A stretch of DNA of 39,967 bases, taken from contig CBDBIJ010000104.1 of assembly GCA_965205655.1 (NCBI GenBank), forward strand, positions 1-39,967. The letters run 5' to 3'. Source of the DNA: Candidatus Latescibacterota bacterium. Lineage in GTDB: Bacteria; Latescibacterota; UBA2968; UBA8231. Below, piece after piece: positions 38,969-39,967 of the stretch. Numbering within the stretch: the first letter of the stretch is position 1; each line of letters starts with the position of its first letter. The position numbers and the translations under genes were made by a program. The notes under the pieces were generated by a model, which had not been told where the DNA came from, made no database searches, and was given only the letters and a program-made list of their open reading frames with translations.

Positions 38969-39967
38969 TGCTCCGTACCCTCCGTCTCCTGCTGCCGGGT
39001 GTCGGTCTGCTCTTGCTGGGGTATCTCATCGGCAAGCTCGGGCTGTCCCAGATCCTCCACAATATCGGCCTCATGAAATGGTGGTTCCCCGCCATTCTGC
39101 TGGTCGCCTTCACATGGCACATCACGAATTCGATCGCCTGGAGCTTCGCCTTTCAACCCGACGCCTTTCGACCGGCGCTCAGGGCGTTGTTCATGGCCAA
39201 ACTCGCCGGCGAGGCGGTGAATCAGCTAACCCCTTTGGCCAACATCGGCGGCGAGCCGCTCAAAGCCTACCTCCTGAAAAACCAGGTCCCTGCCTCGAGG
39301 GGACTCGCGTCGGTCGTCGTCAACAAGACGGCCCAGGTCATGACCGGCCTCGGATTCACTGCCCTCGGCCTTGGCCTCGTCATCCTCTACTGGGACCTGC
39401 CCGAGGCCATACCGCTGCCGATCCAGCTCGGGCTGACGGCGCTCGTCGCCACCGGCGGAGGTCTCATCTGGCTCCTCTATCGCAAACAGAAGCACATGTT
39501 TTCCTCGCTGCTCGAGCTCTTGCGGCGGGTCGGCCTGAACATGGATTTCATCGAGAGTCGGATGGCGAAAGCGGTTCGCATCGACTCCAGCATCAGCATG
39601 TTCTATCGAGATCACAAAGGACGGTTCTTCCTCGTGCTCGGTTTTCACGCCGCCGGCTGGATGCTCGGAGCCTGTGAGACATTCCTTGTCCTCAGAACTC
39701 TGGGCGCAGGCATCGATTTCGAGGTCGCTTTTCTGATCGCCTCTCTCACCGTGATCATCAACAGCTTATTCTTCTTTATGCCCTCCAACATCGGCGTCCT
39801 GGAGGGCGGCCAGGTCTTCCTCTTCCTCACACTCGGCCTGGATCCGGCCATCGGGCTGTCCTTGGGTATCGTTAAACGCATGCGCAAAATCTTCTGGATT
39901 TCGATCGGCTGGCTCTTTCTCACCCACCTGAGCAGAGCGGTGAGCCGCGACCGTCCCGACCTCCAGA
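38968..39967 (+). CDS. Lysylphosphatidylglycerol-synthase TM (YbhN/HpnL-like flippase) family membrane protein, running off the window end
   Basis: TGATG overlap; translation MLRTLRLLLPG..KLAGEAVNQLTPLANIGGEPLKAYLL..FFMPSNIGVLEGG; absent from the ORF track because no stop lies inside the window. Confidence 0.85.
   Translation, partial: MLRTLRLLLPGVGLLLLGYLIGKLGLSQILHNIGLMKWWFPAILLVAFTWHITNSIAWSFAFQPDAFRPALRALFMAKLAGEAVNQLTPLANIGGEPLKAYLLKNQVPASRGLASVVVNKTAQVMTGLGFTALGLGLVILYWDLPEAIPLPIQLGLTALVATGGGLIWLLYRKQKHMFSSLLELLRRVGLNMDFIESRMAKAVRIDSSISMFYRDHKGRFFLVLGFHAAGWMLGACETFLVLRTLGAGIDFEVAFLIASLTVIINSLFFFMPSNIGVLEGGQVFLFLTLGLDPAIGLSLGIVKRMRKIFWISIGWLFLTHLSRAVSRDRPDLQ

Overview
GC-rich bacterial chromosome segment (roughly 60-65% GC by eye). 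The gene style suggests an uncultured heterotroph such as Latescibacterota or Gemmatimonadota, but that is only a guess. Left to right: (1) the right end of an ISAzo13-family IS abutting a minus-strand hypothetical-hom-apgM-asd operon; (2) an amber-interrupted AhpC/TSA redoxin; (3) a methyltransferase-Wzx flippase-TMTC-like GT-C/TPR operon; (4) an attenuator- or T-box-like leader followed by a complete IS256 with an 8-bp TSD (GGTGAACC) inserted at the start of ctaA; (5) a two-gene NAD-linked formate dehydrogenase (fused NuoE/F plus a selenocysteine alpha subunit with SECIS) facing a sulfatase-fdhD(frameshifted)-TIM barrel operon; (6) assorted metabolic and hypothetical genes; (7) uvrA-pepP-like-metG; (8) a graded 11-bp tandem repeat and a TsdA/SoxA-like diheme cytochrome c; (9) a mirror-image divergent pair of cytidylyltransferase plus CDP-alcohol phosphotransferase operons with an LPG-synthase-TM gene. 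No rRNA, tRNA or CRISPR was seen. Three +1 frameshifts and one in-frame TAG may be sequencing errors. All protein calls are motif recognition by eye; no database search was run.
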